DNA of 248,000 bases from NCBI RefSeq assembly GCF_000400465.1, contig NW_008806276.1:20001-268000 (forward strand), read 5' to 3'. The DNA is from Wallemia ichthyophaga EXF-994. Taxonomy: Eukaryota; Fungi; Basidiomycota. Under the pieces are notes generated by a model that worked only from the letters and a program-made list of their open reading frames with translations, did no database searches and was not told the DNA's origin. Of the stretch, positions 217,185 through 232,534 are shown piece by piece. Made by a program: the position numbers and the translations under genes. Every line of letters begins with the position of its first letter. The first letter of the stretch is position 1.

Positions 217185-217841
217185 CTAGAAGAGACGGTGA
217201 GCCTTACCCATAGTGCTCTTGATGTGAAGAGACTTGACGTTTTGCCAGTTCTTCTTAAGAAGAGAAACGAGGAAGTTTACAGCAAGCATAATGTTTGCGA
217301 CGAGCTCATCCTCGGACATGGTAACGTGACCAACGGCGACAGCCAAACAGAGAACCTTCTTAAGTTGGAACTTGATGGTTGACTTGACTTCGGTGGTCTT
217401 CTTCTCGAGGTCCTCTGAGTGAGAGACTGGGGTTGGGAACTTACCAGCCTTAGACAAACCAGGACCAAGCAAACGAGGAATCTGCTTGATGAGAGCCTCG
217501 GAAGCGACGAAAGCATCGTACTTCTTTGCGAGCTTCTTGACGAGCTTCTTGTTCTTGTTGAGCTTCTTCAAATCTTCAACAGACATGAACTCAAGGCCCA
217601 TAAGCTTAGCACGATCGATATCGGCAGCGTCACCAAGAAGGCAGAGAGCCATTCTAGGTCTTGGGACGTGTGGAAGCTTGATAGTACCAGAGAAACGCTT
217701 GTCTCTTTGTGGGTCGTAGTTCTTGAGACCAATTTGGAGCTCAACGGTCTCGACAAAGTTTCTCTTGTTCTCAGGCTTAGCACTTTGCTCAAGTACGTCC
217801 TTGACCTGCGCACGGACTGTGGAAGTTGGTAACTTGCTCAT
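217185..217841 (-). CDS. RPL1: 60S ribosomal protein uL1
   Basis: [28 protein letters not shown]. Confidence 0.96.
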   Translation of the reverse strand: MSKLPTSTVRAQVKDVLEQSAKPENKRNFVETVELQIGLKNYDPQRDKRFSGTIKLPHVPRPRMALCLLGDAADIDRAKLMGLEFMSVEDLKKLNKNKKLVKKLAKKYDAFVASEALIKQIPRLLGPGLSKAGKFPTPVSHSEDLEKKTTEVKSTIKFQLKKVLCLAVAVGHVTMSEDELVANIMLAVNFLVSLLKKNWQNVKSLHIKSTMGKAHRLF

Positions 217842-218044
217842 AGTGGTCGTCGTGAAGAGAGAAGGCGAGGTGAAAATTGGTCAAATTTGAAGTTTGAAAA
217901 TTGGAGTGTATGTGGGGGGATTGGGAGGGATATTTTAATTAGAATGGGGGTTTTATATATCTACTCACTGACAACAGAAATTCCGCAACTTACAAACCAA
218001 TTTACACCTATTCACAACCCCTTGCATCCCAACACCCACTCAAA

Positions 218045-220785
218045 ATGGGAAAATTCCTAAAGAAACATGCAAAAGGCAGAATTGACAAGTACTATCGTAT
218101 GGCCAAAGATCGTGGCTATCGAAGCCGTGCTTACTTCAAGCTGGCTGAGCTGAATAAGCGCTTTAACTTTATCGAGAAGAGTCGCATAGCTGTGGATTTA
218201 GGTGCAGCTGTTAGTATTCACTATTGATTTTCAATCAACGCTAATAAAAATAAAGCCTGGGTCTTGGTTACAGAATTTATCGAGTAGTATGCCTCATGGT
218301 TCTCTTATCATTGGTGGGCATTTCCATTGAATTCAAGTGAAGGCTTATAACTTTATAGGTGTTGATTTGGTTCCTATTGTTCCTATTCCACGTGTTACTA
218401 CCTTTGTTGCTGACTTAACAACTCAACATTGCAAGCAACTCATTACCAATGAAATGAAGGGAAACCTCGCTGACTTGGTTGTCCACGACGGTGCTCCTAA
218501 CGTTGGTGCTGCTTGGTTACAGGACGCTTTCGCTCAAAATGAGCTTGTACTCGCTAGTTTGAAGATTGCTGCTGAAATTCTTGAAAAGGGCGGTACTTTC
218601 GTCACAAAAGTGTTCAGATCAAAGGATTACAATAACCTCATGTGGGTTTTCAATCAACTCTTCAAAAACGTGAACGCAACAAAGCCAAACAGCTCTAGAT
218701 TGGTTTCTGCTGAGTTATTCGTCGTTTGTCAAGATTTTATTGCTCCTCAAAAGCTCGATCCTCGCTTCTTAGATCCTAAATACGTTTTCAAAGATATCGC
218801 TGCACTTGCTTCCGATTCTGGTAAAGGTTCTGCTGCTGCAAACGCTCACGCCAATGTCTTTATGCCTGAGAAGAAGACAAGAAAGAGGGAAGGTTATGAG
218901 GAAGGCAATTACCTTCAATTCAAAGCAATCAGTGCAACTGATTTCATCGAAAGCACTGAACCTGTCACAATACTTGGTACTCACAACGCAATAACCTTCA
219001 AATCAAAGGAAGATAAGAAGTTGTTGAAAAATGAAGACACCACCGATGACATTAAAGCTAATTGCGAAGATCTCAAAGTGTTAGGAAAGAAAGAATTTAA
219101 ACAACTAATGAAATGGAGACTAATTATACGCGAAGAGATGGGTCTCGAAGTTAGAAAGAAAGACATTAAAGAAGACGTTGACGATGCAGGTCAGTCAAAG
219201 GTTGAAGAGCATCCAATGAATCAAGATGAGCAAATAGCTGAGGAGATTGAGCGTATAGAAAACGAAGACTCAGCCCGTGCTAGAAAAGAACGTAGAAGAC
219301 GCAATGAGAAGCGTGCAAGGGAAGTTCAACGTATGCAGCTTAAGATGGGTGCACCACTTGATATCGGTTTGGAACAAGATGAACAGCTCCAAGATGATGT
219401 CTACCTCCCAGGCAACAAATCTAAACAGGACATGTTTGATTTGAAGCACTCTCAAAAACACATTAAAGGACGCAATCTCGATGAAATGGATGAGGATGAT
219501 GCATCTTCTGAAGAAGAAATCGAAGCTCCAAAATTCGAAGATGCTTATGAAGATGAGGAAGACAAGGTCGTTCGTCTTGAATCTCAAATGGATGGTATGT
219601 ATGAAAAGTACCAAGAAAAACTGCAAGACAGAGACCGTAAGCATCAAGTAAAGGAGGCACGTCGGAAAGATAAGAATAGAGAGGCTTGGGGTGGTATTCC
219701 TCGTCGTGGCGATGACGATGATGAGGATGATGATGATGAAGAGAATGAAGAAGAGGAAGAAGAGGAGTCTGAAGGAGAACACGGCTACGATGCTAAAGAA
219801 AAACGTAGCATGCAGCTTGACCAAGACTCGTCCGATGAAGAGGAGGAAAATGCCGGAAAGTCTAAGAAGTCAACAAAAAAACCGAAGAAAGCAGACAATG
219901 CTCAAGATGAAGCCGCTGCTAGTGTTTGGTTCGGTAATCCACTCTTCAATGGTGCTGATGGTATTGACGAAGAAAGCGAGGAGGAAGAAGACGACAAGCA
220001 ATCTGAGGATGAGTCAATGGAGGAAGACGAGAAACCCCAACAAGACAAAGAAGAGGACGAAGAATCTGACGGATTTGAAGTAGTACCTCAAGAAGACGAC
220101 GGTCAAATGTGGGATGTCGACGATGAGGATCAAGATGCAGTTCGTCAAAAGCGTATCGAAGGTGTGTATAGCGTAATCTTGCATTACTGTACTGACCATT
220201 TTAGACACTGGATTAATTACTGAAGAGGCTATGTCGATGGCTTACCGTTTGAAGAATGGTATGACCACCAAGCAGCAGCTTATAGATGATGGTTTCAACA
220301 AAAACGCCACTAACGATAGAGAGAATCTGCCTGATTGGTTCACCTCGGACGAGCGTAAGAACTACAAGGTCCACGTACCGATCACCAAGGAAGCAGTCGA
220401 CGCTTTGAAGGCTAGACAGAGAGCTATTGACGCACGTCCAATTAAGAAACTTGCTGAAGCGAAAGCCAAGAAGAAGTACAAGGCAACAAAGGCTGCTGAA
220501 AAGGCTGCGGCCAAGGCTGAGACTGTGATGGAGAATCAAGAGCTCACTGAAAAAGAGAAAGCTATGGGTGTACAGAAGATGATCAACAAGACGAAAGCCA
220601 ACGCTAACAAGAAGCGTGAAGTGAAGCTTGTTGTTGCTAAAGGTGCAGCTAAGGGTGTGAAGGGACGTCCAAAGGGAGTTAGTGGACGTTATAGAATGGT
220701 GGATAGGCGTTTCAAGACAGATATTAGAGGTATGCGCAATGCTAAGAGGCGTGCAGTAAACAACAAGAAACGTCGTAATGGTTAG
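218045..220785 (+). CDS. SPB1: 27S pre-rRNA 2'-O-methyltransferase Spb1
   Basis: [34 protein letters not shown]. Confidence 0.93.
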
Positions 220786-220849
220786 TAAATTGTATAATAG
220801 GGATAATTCAAGAATATATTTATTTATATCCATTACAATCATCATGATT

Positions 220850-222529
220850 GACGGGCTTATTGTTTTGAACAAGGATGGGTAGGGGAATAGCAAGATATGG
220901 AATTTGTTCTAAATTTTTGTAGAAATGCGTTGCTGCACTCGAGCTTTAAGCAACCAAGCTTTTACCCAGCTATACACATTGACACATACAACTACAAGCA
221001 ACCAATTGAGCCTTTTTTCACAGTAGATACACCCCCAAATGGATCATTTAGTAGTTTTATACGGGTCAATGATATCGTAATCTTATGTCCATTCAATAAG
221101 AATGGTACGTGAAATGCTTAGCGCTGTCTCGACATCTAAATAAGCCCAGTGGACCTGTCGATCCCAATATCGTTCATTCAATTAACTATTAAGCTGCTAG
221201 TTGATTACTTTGGCAAGCTCAATGAGTCTGTAGTACGCGATAACTTTGACATCATCTACCAGGTTGGTGTTATACTGTTGCAAACAAAGCCCACAACTGA
221301 GTTTTATAGCTTATGGAAGAAATACTCGATAATGGCTTCCCTGTTACCACGGAAACTGCCGTTTTGAGCGATATCGTCGTTCCGCCTTCGACGCTGTCCA
221401 AGCTCATGTCGTCAGCTGGAATGAATGTGAAGAGGTTAGCGGGTGTGTTTGGGTGTTAATATTTCGCTTACGCTCATCAGTCAACCAAACGTTAGACCTT
221501 ACGCATCGCCAATCACATGGAGGAAGGCGGGCGTCAAGCACAATAACAATGAAATATTCTTCAATGTTATCGAGTCGATAGATGCGATTGTTGATAAGCA
221601 CGGAAATGCAGTCATGGCTGAGATCAATGGACAAATTGAGTGTGATTCGAGACTGTCTGGTGGGTAAAGCCGAGATATCTGACATAATTCTCATCATTGC
221701 GTCAAGGCACTCCCGACATACTATTAACATTGAAGAATTCCACTTCGATTGAAAAAACATCCCAGCATGCATGCATAAGGTAGATAGAAAACGTCTCTAT
221801 TATGAATAACACTCAAACCTTTCCACAGATACCAGCGTTGGATTAGAGAACGCGTTCTCTCATTCGTTCCACCAGACGGCCGTTTTAGATTGATTTCCTT
221901 CGAACCTAAAGTGAAACCTCGCTTGCCGATAAGCAGTAAATGCTCGATGAAGGTGTCCCCCTATGAAGGTAAGAAAGCTGTTTTGTTTGAGTGGATTGGT
222001 TTACCTTTTTTGCAGGTAACTTTGAATTAATTTTGACAAATACTGTCGGAAAGAAGATGGAGGGTGTTGAGTTGAGTATATTTCTCGGACACGGTGCAGT
222101 GTCTGCACGGGGCGAGTGTAAGAAGAAAAACACACCTTCTGGGAGCAAGGCAATAAGCTCGAACGAGTTCGATCATGTCACCAAGGTTTGTAGACAGCTA
222201 GATGAAAGCCTTAGCCTGAGCTGACAGGTAACTCCAGATATTCAAATGGAACATATCCCATATAGAACCAACTAGCGTACATACCCTGACTGCAAACTTC
222301 AAATCAAGGTGGGTTTCTACGGTTGACTTTGCTTTATGAGTTTACCTTGCAAAACAGCGAAGAATCACCACGACCCGAGACTGCGTTCGGAGTCAACTTC
222401 AGAATACCTCAGCATACAGCTTCTGGAGTCCAGATTGATGGTGTCAAAATCGCAGGCGATGCTGGCTACAAGCCATACAAAGGATTCAAGGGTGAACTGA
222501 CAAGTGGAAGCTACGAAATACGTTGGTAA
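220850..222529 (+). CDS. AP-3 mu subunit-like adaptin
   Basis: VRDNFDIIYQ, TWRKAGVKH, SFVPPDGRF, YKGFK. Confidence 0.8.
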
Positions 222530-222613
222530 CAAGTAGAAGATAGAAACATGTATTATTTTCATATTTACTTTGTCTTCTCTCGTACGTCATCCGTCATCCG
222601 TCATCCTCACACT

Positions 222614-223971
222614 ATGAGTTTCATACCGCGTACAAACTTCATTTATCCCTCTCGAGCACCTAGTTGGTATATAGGGCATATGAGCAAAGGGATGAGAATT
222701 ATGACGGAGCAGCTCAATACAATCGATGTGATTATAGAAGCGAGAGATGCGCGTATACCGCTTACAGGGATAAATTATCAGTTTGAAAAGATGATTAAGA
222801 GTGGCTGGTCTAATAGAGCCAAGCTCGGCGGTATCACTGAGCGTATCGTAGTTTATACGAAGCGTGATCTCGCCGAAGAAAGATATGAGGGTGTGAGGAT
222901 GCTGCTTTAGAAGGCTAGGATTCCCTAACACAGCTGCCAGCCTCTGATACGCTCGTTCAAAAACTTGGCTGGTCAGCATGTCGTCTTTACCGATAGCAAG
223001 AACGACAAAGATCCACGCGTCGTTCAGCGGCAGCTTGTCTGTGGGTGCGTGTCGTAGCTTTCGATATGTCTAACGCACAACAGCCATTGCTAAAGAACAC
223101 GACGTCCCGAAACTCAATGTACTCGTCACCGGTATGCCAAATGTCGGTAAATCAACTTTTTTGAATGCGCTGAGAAGGGTAGGAGTACACAAAGGTTGGC
223201 TTCATATCGTAATGCTATAGTGTGCTGATAATAGTGTTAGGAAAGGCAGCTATTACAGGCTCAGATCCTGGCGTTACTCGCAAACTAACAGGCACTGTCA
223301 AGATAAATGAAGATCCTAACGTCTATATATACGATACACCCGGAATAATGGTACCGTTTCTTGGCCATGATGAAATGGGATTGGAAATGGGCCTAAAGCT
223401 AGCATTGACATGTGTGTGGATGACTTTGCATACATCCATTGACTCACACAGGCCATCGCAGCGGGAATTAAGCCCGATTTGATAGAGACGGAAACAATAC
223501 TTGATTATTTACTTTACAAACTCAATTTGAGAGACGCTGCCCAACGTTAGTTAGAAATTATATTACGCTATGTCATAACTGATCGGCTTGATAGATTCTC
223601 CGTACCAATCGCAACTACCGCTAGGGAAGAATTATCCTCCAACAAATGACATATACACACTGCTGGAAGACTTGGGCAGACGCATAGGTGCGCTTCGGAA
223701 AGGTGGGATTGTCGATATAGATAATTCATCGCAGTTCCTTATAAACGCAATGCGCCATGGCAAGTTTGGTCGGTGGACATTAGATGATTTTCCAGGAAAT
223801 GGTGAAGATAGTGTAGATTCGCGCGTACACTCCACTCTCAAGACTCATATCGATAGACAGCAACACAACATAGACAACGAGAATGAGCGTCGGAGTAAAT
223901 CGAGTATCCTAAAGCAGGAAAAGAGGGAAGCGGCTGCAAAACGCAAAGAGAAGCATAAAAAAAGACAGTAG
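222614..223971 (+). CDS. MTG1: Mitochondrial GTPase Mtg1
   Basis: WYIGHM, EARDARIP, GMPNVGKST, DTPG. Confidence 0.88.
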
Positions 223972-224599
223972 ATTGCATGTTTAGTTATTTGTAGTAATAC
224001 ATATGGATTTTTAGATCTAGAAAACTAAAAGAAGCTCTATAATACACATCTTGAATAAATATGCACCTTTTGCAAGTATTGAAAGGAGAGTGGCTCCAAG
224101 GAACCAACGATATCCGGAATTAAGAGCCAGACGATGCAGACGTCGATACTGGCTTGGAAGCGCTGGGATTAGAAGCAAAAAGCAAGCTACCGCCATCGTA
224201 GCTATCCTCCAACATTATCGAACCACGCCTCTCGACACCACCACCATTGGAGGAGTTTGACAACTGCGAAGACTTCAACTTGGGGGTTGAGAGTGGAGTA
224301 GAGTTGTTGTTGTTACTACTGCTGTTGTTGGGACACATTGTTTGTATGAGTTGCTTCTGCCGGAATTCGGTCAAAATTTCAGTGCACCGCAATAGTCACC
224401 ATCACTCACCCTGATCGCTTGTATATCTAGCTCATGCTGGCCTACGTGACTTTCTTTGAAACTGCTGATCAGTTCCTCAATTTCCATTATCAATCTTTAT
224501 CGCGATCGAGGTTGGAGCGAGCGAGTCAATCACACTATCTGCCGTAAAATAAAATTGTAGAAATGTAGAACATGAATGGAAATGTAATAACTTATCAAG

Positions 224600-226735
224600 A
224601 AGAGATATCTATCTATGTACTTTTCTTCTTCTTGTCTTTCTGCTGCTTCTTTTTTATATCCTTCTTCTTGGATTCGAGAAGAGCGTGCTAGAGTTTTGTG
224701 AGTACGCGCTACTATTTCACACAACCCACTTACCTCATCCGTTTGGCGTTTCTGGGAGTGCTTAACTTTGTTGTAGAGCTTGCGCTGCTTAGATCCCATC
224801 ATTAAGTGTGCCATATCGTCATCCTCCTTTTCTTTGCCGCCGGAAGTATTCTGCTGAGGGCAAATGTGTTAGCGGAAAATTTCGGGAATTTCCAAGTGAA
224901 GCTAGTCTCACCTTCTTTGAGGACTTGGAAGACTTCTTGGCCTTCTTGAGTTCAGCTTCGAACACATCATGGGAAATACCGAGCTGTTCTGCTTCAAGTT
225001 CGGCTGCGTCGTGTAATGACTCGTCATTTGGATTCTGAGCAGCAGCAATAAGCGCTTCGGTAGGATATTTACTCTTAGGTGCTTCTTGTGCTTGCTCCTT
225101 CTCTTCTTCGTCTTCTTGCATGTCCTCATCTTGCACGTCCTCATCCTCTTCTCCCTCCTCCTCATCTTCGGCAGCCTCTTTCTCTTCAATCTCCAGACCA
225201 GGTACATAGGCTTCTTCGTCAGCAACTTCGAATGGTGACATATGTGGGGGGAGCGTCTCTCCAGGTGCGTATGGTTCAGTTGGAAGCAATCTCCCGGCAT
225301 TTGCCGAGTCAACGATCCATTGTGGTTGAATGTACGCTCTCTTGAGGTTGAGCTCTTTCAAACGAGCTGGAAGGTGTGGTCTGTCGACGACCATGTGAGT
225401 GATACGAGCATCTGTCTCGTCAGGTACTGGTGAGCCACCACCGAGAGTAGTCATATCCCATCCAACCTGACCACCGAATGAACGGATCACAAACTCTAAA
225501 GTGGGTCTTGTAACCTCCCTTGAGAGATAGAAAGTGTATGGTGCAAAGAGGTTTGCACGTGCGGATTCAAACTTGGAGTTGGCGAGGAGAGTGTTTAGCG
225601 ATTGGCCAATATCAGTTGAGGCTTCAACGTTTTTTGATGGCTGCTCAACGAACTCTTCTGGTGCAGGAAGACCTTGTTGGTCGTCTTGAACATTTTCTTG
225701 TTCTTCAAGTTGATCGTCAGCTGGAGGAGCAGCTGTTTGACCAATTTGATTGATTTGCTTGCGAACATCTTTGGCGCTAACCTTAGCACTCTCAGCGACG
225801 TCATCTTCGCCAGATTTAGTGAGTGCACCTGATGCTTCTCTCAAATTGAAAGCACCAATACCAGCGCCAGTACCATCTTTGTCAATGTCGAGTGGTGGTG
225901 GGTAAACCAAGTTTATATCGTTATATAACTTGTAGAAGACGAAGCCAGTGAGTGTTTGATACAACTCCAAGAAGGTCATCAAGATTCTAAAATCAACATC
226001 TTCTGGAATGTGCTGAGTGAACATGTATGGAACTAACCACCTAATTGGTCTACCTTCCACTTCAGCTTCAAAGTAAACACCTTTGATTGATAAGAAAATT
226101 TTTCTGAGAGACTTTGTACGCATAACGTATAGTTGCCATTGAGCGGATAGTTTAGCGCAATTGTCGATGATGTCAGCAGGGATTCTGCTGTTAGCAGGTA
226201 AGTGGCTAAAGAGCATAATAAGTGAAATAGCATCAGGAAGATCGTTGAGAGTGGATTGGAATGTAGGATAACGCTCCCTAATGATATGATCTAATCTATA
226301 CTCAGGCTTTTGATTGTCCTCAATTGCCTTGGCTTGAACGAGCTCATTGCGGCCAATAAGCTTTGAAATCTTCTTTGCAAAAGACTTGTATTCTCTAAGG
226401 CTGTTGAGCAATGGCTCATGCTGCAAGTAAACGATATCTTTGGTGTAATAGAAAGCCTTTGGAGCTGTTGAGCCTTTATTAGCCTTCTTCTTGTTTCTAG
226501 GTTCTCTAGGAAAGATTCCTGTGGGTTACTTGTGAGCTCATTCTCCAGAATATTAGAGTTATCACCCACCCTTCAAAATACAGAGCCTTCTGAAGTCTGC
226601 GAGTGATATCTGCAATTTCTTAATTGCCTGGTTTTGTTAGAATATTTCAAGCACTTTCAAGTAAACACACTTGGTTTCTGGTCATGTAATTCTTCACGGC
226701 TCCCTTTTCATTCTTCTTTGTTATTCTACCCATAT
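224600..226735 (-). CDS. NOP7: Pescadillo homolog Nop7
   Basis: ERYPTF, VDFRILMTFLELY, BRCT QPQWIVDS, LPPHMSPF. Confidence 0.95.
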
Positions 226736-226847
226736 TGTACTCCTCGCCGTTGCTATCGAAGAGAGAAGTCGGGGATTTGTTATAAATTTGTGATAAATGA
226801 TTATATTTTACAATTCAGCGTGTACTCATCAAGTATTGTACACTTCC

Positions 226848-227350
226848 TCACGCTTTTTCACGCTTTATTTGGGCATTATTGGTGGCAGGAGACCGGGAAT
226901 TGTCTTGCAACGCTTCAGTTGGTATGTTCCCCTGTACATCAGATAACGCGCCTTTAAGTATGTAAATGTAGTCAGCTTCTTTAGTACCCAGCTTTATATC
227001 CTGTTTTGAGAGGAAAAGTGGTGCGTTGTGGGTATACGCTACAACAACTGTGCATCGTGGGCAACTGAGCCTATGTTGACGCTCACACATGCCATCTTTC
227101 CTGTTTGAAGGGTTTGTCAGTCATTCTTCGCAATCTATTTAATCTTCAGAACCTTTGAAGCATACAAGGCGTCTGCGATATCGCAGAAACCTTGAATTTG
227201 CGCTTTGTTGATTCATTTCCAGCATTATGCGTTATAATCACGCTTCCATCCGTTTTCCGCGTTGGAAGAAGGTCGATGGGCTTATCAACAACGAGCTGTA
227301 TGCGAGTGTTTAGAGTGTTTATTGTCTAATGAGCATCACTACATACGATA
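226848..227350 (-). CDS. UPF0428/STEEP1-like small zinc-binding protein
   Basis: ERQHRLSCPRC...YIYILKGAL. Confidence 0.55.
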
Positions 227351-227436
227351 AACTCCCCGCAAATACAATAATAGCTCTTTAATTGCATTTCACAAGTCTT
227401 GGTGGTCGTCTTCCTCCTTCATCAACTAAACTTGGA

Positions 227437-229082
227437 ATGCAGCACAACAAGGAAATTATTGAGGACTCTACCACTTTTCCCGATAAACCAATCAAGCGCT
227501 TAGTCTTGGATGCCGCTCCTTTGCTCACTCAAGCCCCTATTCGTGGAATGGCACAAGAATTCTACACAACTCCTCACGTTATACAGGAATTGAGGGATGA
227601 GAAATCAAAGAAGCATCTAGAAATGCTTGAGATTCAAGGTGTTCATATAAATGTACAACAACCTGATCCAATCAGTTACGCAAAAGGTTCGATTCAATAA
227701 GCTTTTCATTTTCTCATTCGTCTCACTTAAATGCAGTTTCTAGCTTCTCAAAGCTTACTGGTGACTACAGCGTTTTGTCCGGTCCTGATATGGGTATTCT
227801 TGCGCTTACATATGCACTGGAAGTGAAAGAGAATGGTACTGTTAGATTGAGAGACGCACCCGGCAAAGTGGGTTTCCTGGATTCCCGTCGAAATATCTTA
227901 CATGATTATCCTCAGTCAACAGCAAAGAAACCTGTACAAAATCAGATCACAGACCCTAACTCGCCATCAACTTCATCACCAGCAATAGGTGATAAGCTGT
228001 CTGAAAAAATACAAAACGTTACTCTAGATGAGACGCCAAAGGGAAGGCAAGAACAAGATCAGCAGGATCCCCGTGCTCAACAACCTCATCAACAACCCGC
228101 TGAGGAAGAATTCACAACAGTATCAAAGGGTATGTCAATAGCAGCAAAACCACGCCGCAACAAGAACACACAGTCTCAGGATGACTTTGGAAGTATACAG
228201 GTTGATGATAAGAGTGAAGGGGAAGACGAATCAGATGATGAAGATGCAGGTGACTGGATCACACCAGATAACGTAGAAGATCACAAAGCAGTTGATCTCG
228301 GTCACCAGACAATTCAAGAGCAGTCGAAGAAGGATACATCAAAGAAGCCGCCCGTATTCCTAAAAGCGGCATGCATGACAGCTGATTTTGCTATGCAAAA
228401 TGTACTCATACAGATAGGACTCAATCTGGTTGGTACAAATGGACAGAGAATCAAAAGCGCCAAGAGCTGGGTACTCAGATGTCATGCTTGTTTTAAGTAA
228501 GTAATTTCCTACTAAAAACCTGCGTCTCACATTCCCAATAAAGACTCTGCAGAGATCAGTCAAAAAGGTTCTGCCCCGCTTGTGGTAACAGCACTCTTTT
228601 GAGAACGTCAATAACAACATATGCACCTAAATCAGCAGATGCTGCACCTGTAGTTAAGGTACACTTGAAGAAGAACTTCCAGTACAAGAATAGAGGTACC
228701 AAGTACTCTATTCCTGCATCTAGAGTTGGTAGCTCCAAGACTGGCAGTGGACTGCCGTTGATATTGCGAGAGGATGATCCAGATTTCCAAAGATCGGTGC
228801 ACGCCGACCAAGTTGCAAAGCGCAAAGAGGAAAAAGCGCTGATGAGATCTCTCGAAAAGGGAAAAGCAGGCACCAGTGGTTTTACGTGAGTTTATGGACT
228901 TTTCATATGAGTCAAAGATCTGACGTAATTCTAAAAGCGGCCAATGGATGGATCCTGACTGGTTACCAGGATTGCTTGCGCCTGACGCAAATGCTAGGCG
229001 GACGGGAGGTAGAGGCCCTGCTCGCATAGGTCATGGACGGAGGAACCCGAACGAAGTACGCAAGCAGGGCAAGAAAAAGAAG
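227437..229082 (+). CDS. NOB1: 20S pre-rRNA endonuclease Nob1
   Basis: LVLDA PIN domain, DAGDWITP, MTADFAMQNV, WVLRCHACF. Confidence 0.93.
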
Positions 229083-229479
229083 TAGAGAAAGAAGATAAGT
229101 GTATTTGAAGATATACAGTGCATTTGTTTATAGATGTAAAAATTTTATAATTGTTAAGATAACGGAAAGTAGGGTTGTAGAATGGATTATAAGGTATGTA
229201 AAGGGCTGGTTATTTCAGAAAACAAGAGTGGCTGAGCTGCTGTAGCCGCTCGAATCCTCAAGACACTTCTTCATCGCCGGCCACCAAGACCCGATGAAGA
229301 TGGAGCCGCCGACATCTATAAACTCACTAGAGCTAGAGTCAAAGCCTGTGGAGGGTACAAGAGGCAGGAAGAAGGGACCACGTCGTACACAATTCTGTGA
229401 GTTGAGCTCCGTTGAGCTCCGAAATGACTCATCAGATACTGATTGATAAAACTTAGCTTGCACCGAAGTGAGTTATTGC

Positions 229480-231951
229480 GCACGATAAAAGGTTTATCGT
229501 TAAATGACGCCATTTCAGTGCCACAGAAGAAAACAGAAATGCGATCGCAAGTGTGTACTGATATATTTCACCCCCACTTTGACTGATTTCGATATAAGAA
229601 CGCCATGCAGCCACTGCGCCCAGCGGAAAGTGCCGTGCGTGCCTTTCCAACCAGGCCACGATAACGATGTTCATAGTCGTTTGGTTAGAATCGAAGGGCT
229701 CGTCGAGAGTTTGATGCCGCTTCTCCAAACAGATACATCAGGCAGCACCTCAGAACCACCAAGCAAGAGACGCAAGGCGATGAGCACAGCTACTTCGGGT
229801 GATGATGATGACGAGGAGAGGGACGATCTGGCCAACGTCGGTATCGGTCCCGCTGCTTCAGGCACTCTGCTCAATAACGGCAATTGGTATGGCCCATCGA
229901 GCCTGAACGTGTCTGAAATAGCGCATGATCTCGCTGACAAAGTTGGCGGAGACACCACTACAGACTTCAAGAACCCTGCTCATAGTCCAATTGCTGTTGA
230001 TGATCAACTCAGTATCGTCATTCAGGAGTTCGGGATGAGCCCGTCTAAAGTCGACACGCTTGTGGACGAACTTCCGCCGAAACAGTTTGCAGATAAACTC
230101 GTTGACTCTTTCTTCGCGCACATTAACTGGACAAGGTATCCGATACATGAACAGAGCTTTAGAAACGCTTATGAGTCCACATACAAGAAGCGCAGGAGTT
230201 TGGAGGCTAAGGATTTCAAGAACCTTCCTCTCGTGTTTATCGTTCTCGCAACCACGCTTAGATTCGCTCCGAATGAAGAGATTGCAGTTGAGGCTGGCAG
230301 CGGTTTATCTGAAGCGGAGAGACGTAGCTGGGCGCTTAGATTGTATTGGAGCAGTAAGCCCAACTATTACTGCGCACACAACAAAACACCAGCTAACACC
230401 TTCTCAGCTCGCAGATGTTCACTTCTTGTGTCCGCAGTGCAGGGAGATTGCACAGAGATGGTCATCTCGAGGCTTCTGAGCACCCGTCTGCTCATCAACG
230501 AGAGAAGACTGACAGAATCATGGTCGCAGCTCGGAAGCGCGATTAGAACTGCTCAGAGTCTAGGCATGCACAGAGACGGAAGCAAGCTCGGGCTGAGCTG
230601 TTACGAGACAGAGTATCGCAGGAGGATTTGGAGCTATCTTCAGCATGCAGACAATACCTTAGCTCTGATATTGGGCAGGCCTCCATCGATTATCCCGGCA
230701 TACTGCGACACTCTCCCGCCATCTAACATTGATGACAACGATTTTCAGAGCACATCAGTGGATACAAGCCCACCGCTACCAAAACCACTCAATATACCTA
230801 CGCTGATGACGGCTCATGTGCTGCGCCACTCGTTCGTGCAGATAGTAGCTCGGTGCAACGAGCACTTTTCGAACCTGCGCGCACCGTCGAGCTACTCAAA
230901 TGTGTTAAGACTAGATGCAGAGATAGGCGAATTTATCGCAAGATTGCCGCCTGTGTTTAGATTTGAGGATCCAGACACATCGGTGGATAGCCAAATGCCA
231001 TGGTTGCCGACACATCGCTTCCTGCTCGCAGTGGAATGCTACTTTACTAAGATAAGTCTGCATAGACCATGGGTGCTTCGCAAACTTAACAGCACGAGGT
231101 ATGCACCATCAAGGAGGGCTTGCTTCGAGTCGGCGAAACTCGACTTTTTTGCTAGAGAGAGATTCAGGAAGGAGACAAATAAGTCGCTCGGTAGATTCGG
231201 TGGTGGACAGTATAGAATATTTAACTCCACACTCATCTCAGCGATAGCATTGATTTTGGAGCCGTTCGGGAAGGACTCCGCACAGCACAAACACATACTC
231301 GACTCGTTCCTTGCTGAGAGGCAAGACAAGACGGTGACGCTACCATGGGATGAGGCTATGGTTAATGAGATGCGCATCATACAGCTGTTCAGAAACAAGG
231401 CACAGGAGCTGCGTCAGTCGAGAGCGGCGGCGACTAGCAGTAGTGGGAGAGGCGCAAAGGGAAGGGTGAATGGGGAAGAAGTAGATGGATTCGATGACAC
231501 TACAGCAGATAAGGACCCATCACTGAGGTTCGCGCAGCCAAACGCTAATTCGAATGCCAATCTATTGATGGGTATGTCCAATTCGTCATTCGCCGAAGCG
231601 AGCGCACCGAGCTACCAGAGTGTGGTTTCAGGAAGTGACAATGTAGATGCGCAATGGCAATGGAATAGTGGTGGGGGAGGTGCTGGTGCCGGTGCTTCCA
231701 CTTCTGCTGCTACATCAGCAAACCACCTCCAGCCACCGTCAATTGACGTAAACGGGAATAATTGGACATTGAACGACGCACCGGCGGATACTATTGCTAT
231801 GCTGCTCGGATTAGGTGTGCCTGACATGATGCCCTTAAGTGGATCACTTGATAACTCGGTAAGCGGTGTACCGACGAGCTCTGCACAGCCGGCGCCGGAC
231901 GAGTCAGCAGACTATTGGCACAAGCTAATATCATCGCTGAATGAAAACTGA
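229480..231951 (+). CDS. Zn2Cys6 fungal-specific transcription factor
   Basis: QCHRRKQKCDR..PCSHC, AQSLGMHRDG, EYRRRIW. Confidence 0.88.
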
Positions 231952-232534
231952 AAAATGAAAATATTTACTTTTAATTGCGCATAGCCCTGTGATTAGCGTG
232001 TGTATCGGGAGTATATTTAGATTTAGTGTGTGCGATTAAGTGGAGGTAATTAATAGAATGGAGGTATTTGCATAGCGTTGTGTCACATGCTTTATTACAC
232101 GCTGTCTCGTTCTAAATTTAACGGCCGACGAGACAATTTGACACGGAGCGCTCGCCGGTGACCGGCTAACGGATATCAAAAGCTGTGCAAAGTGCACGGA
232201 GAAAGGTTTTATAGAATTTCAGACAACATTCGGCGTGATTCAGATTTGTTTTGTCGCAGATGTTTGTCTCTGATGCATAATAGGGCGGCGCCAGAATTAA
232301 AGGTGAGCAAAATTTGCACAATTATGAACGGAAGCTGCGGAAATGAGGTGAAGAGAGCGGGACAATGTGTAAAGTGGCGCTCACATACCGCATCTTAGTG
232401 CATAGCCACGAATTTTTTGCAAATACCGAGCTAACCTGTGCTAAGAGTGATCTCAGCGGACGTGCGGGGAAGCTTTAAATAGCTCCGAGGCCCTTGAACT
232501 TGAACTACCAACCAATTCTTTCCTTGCAATTACA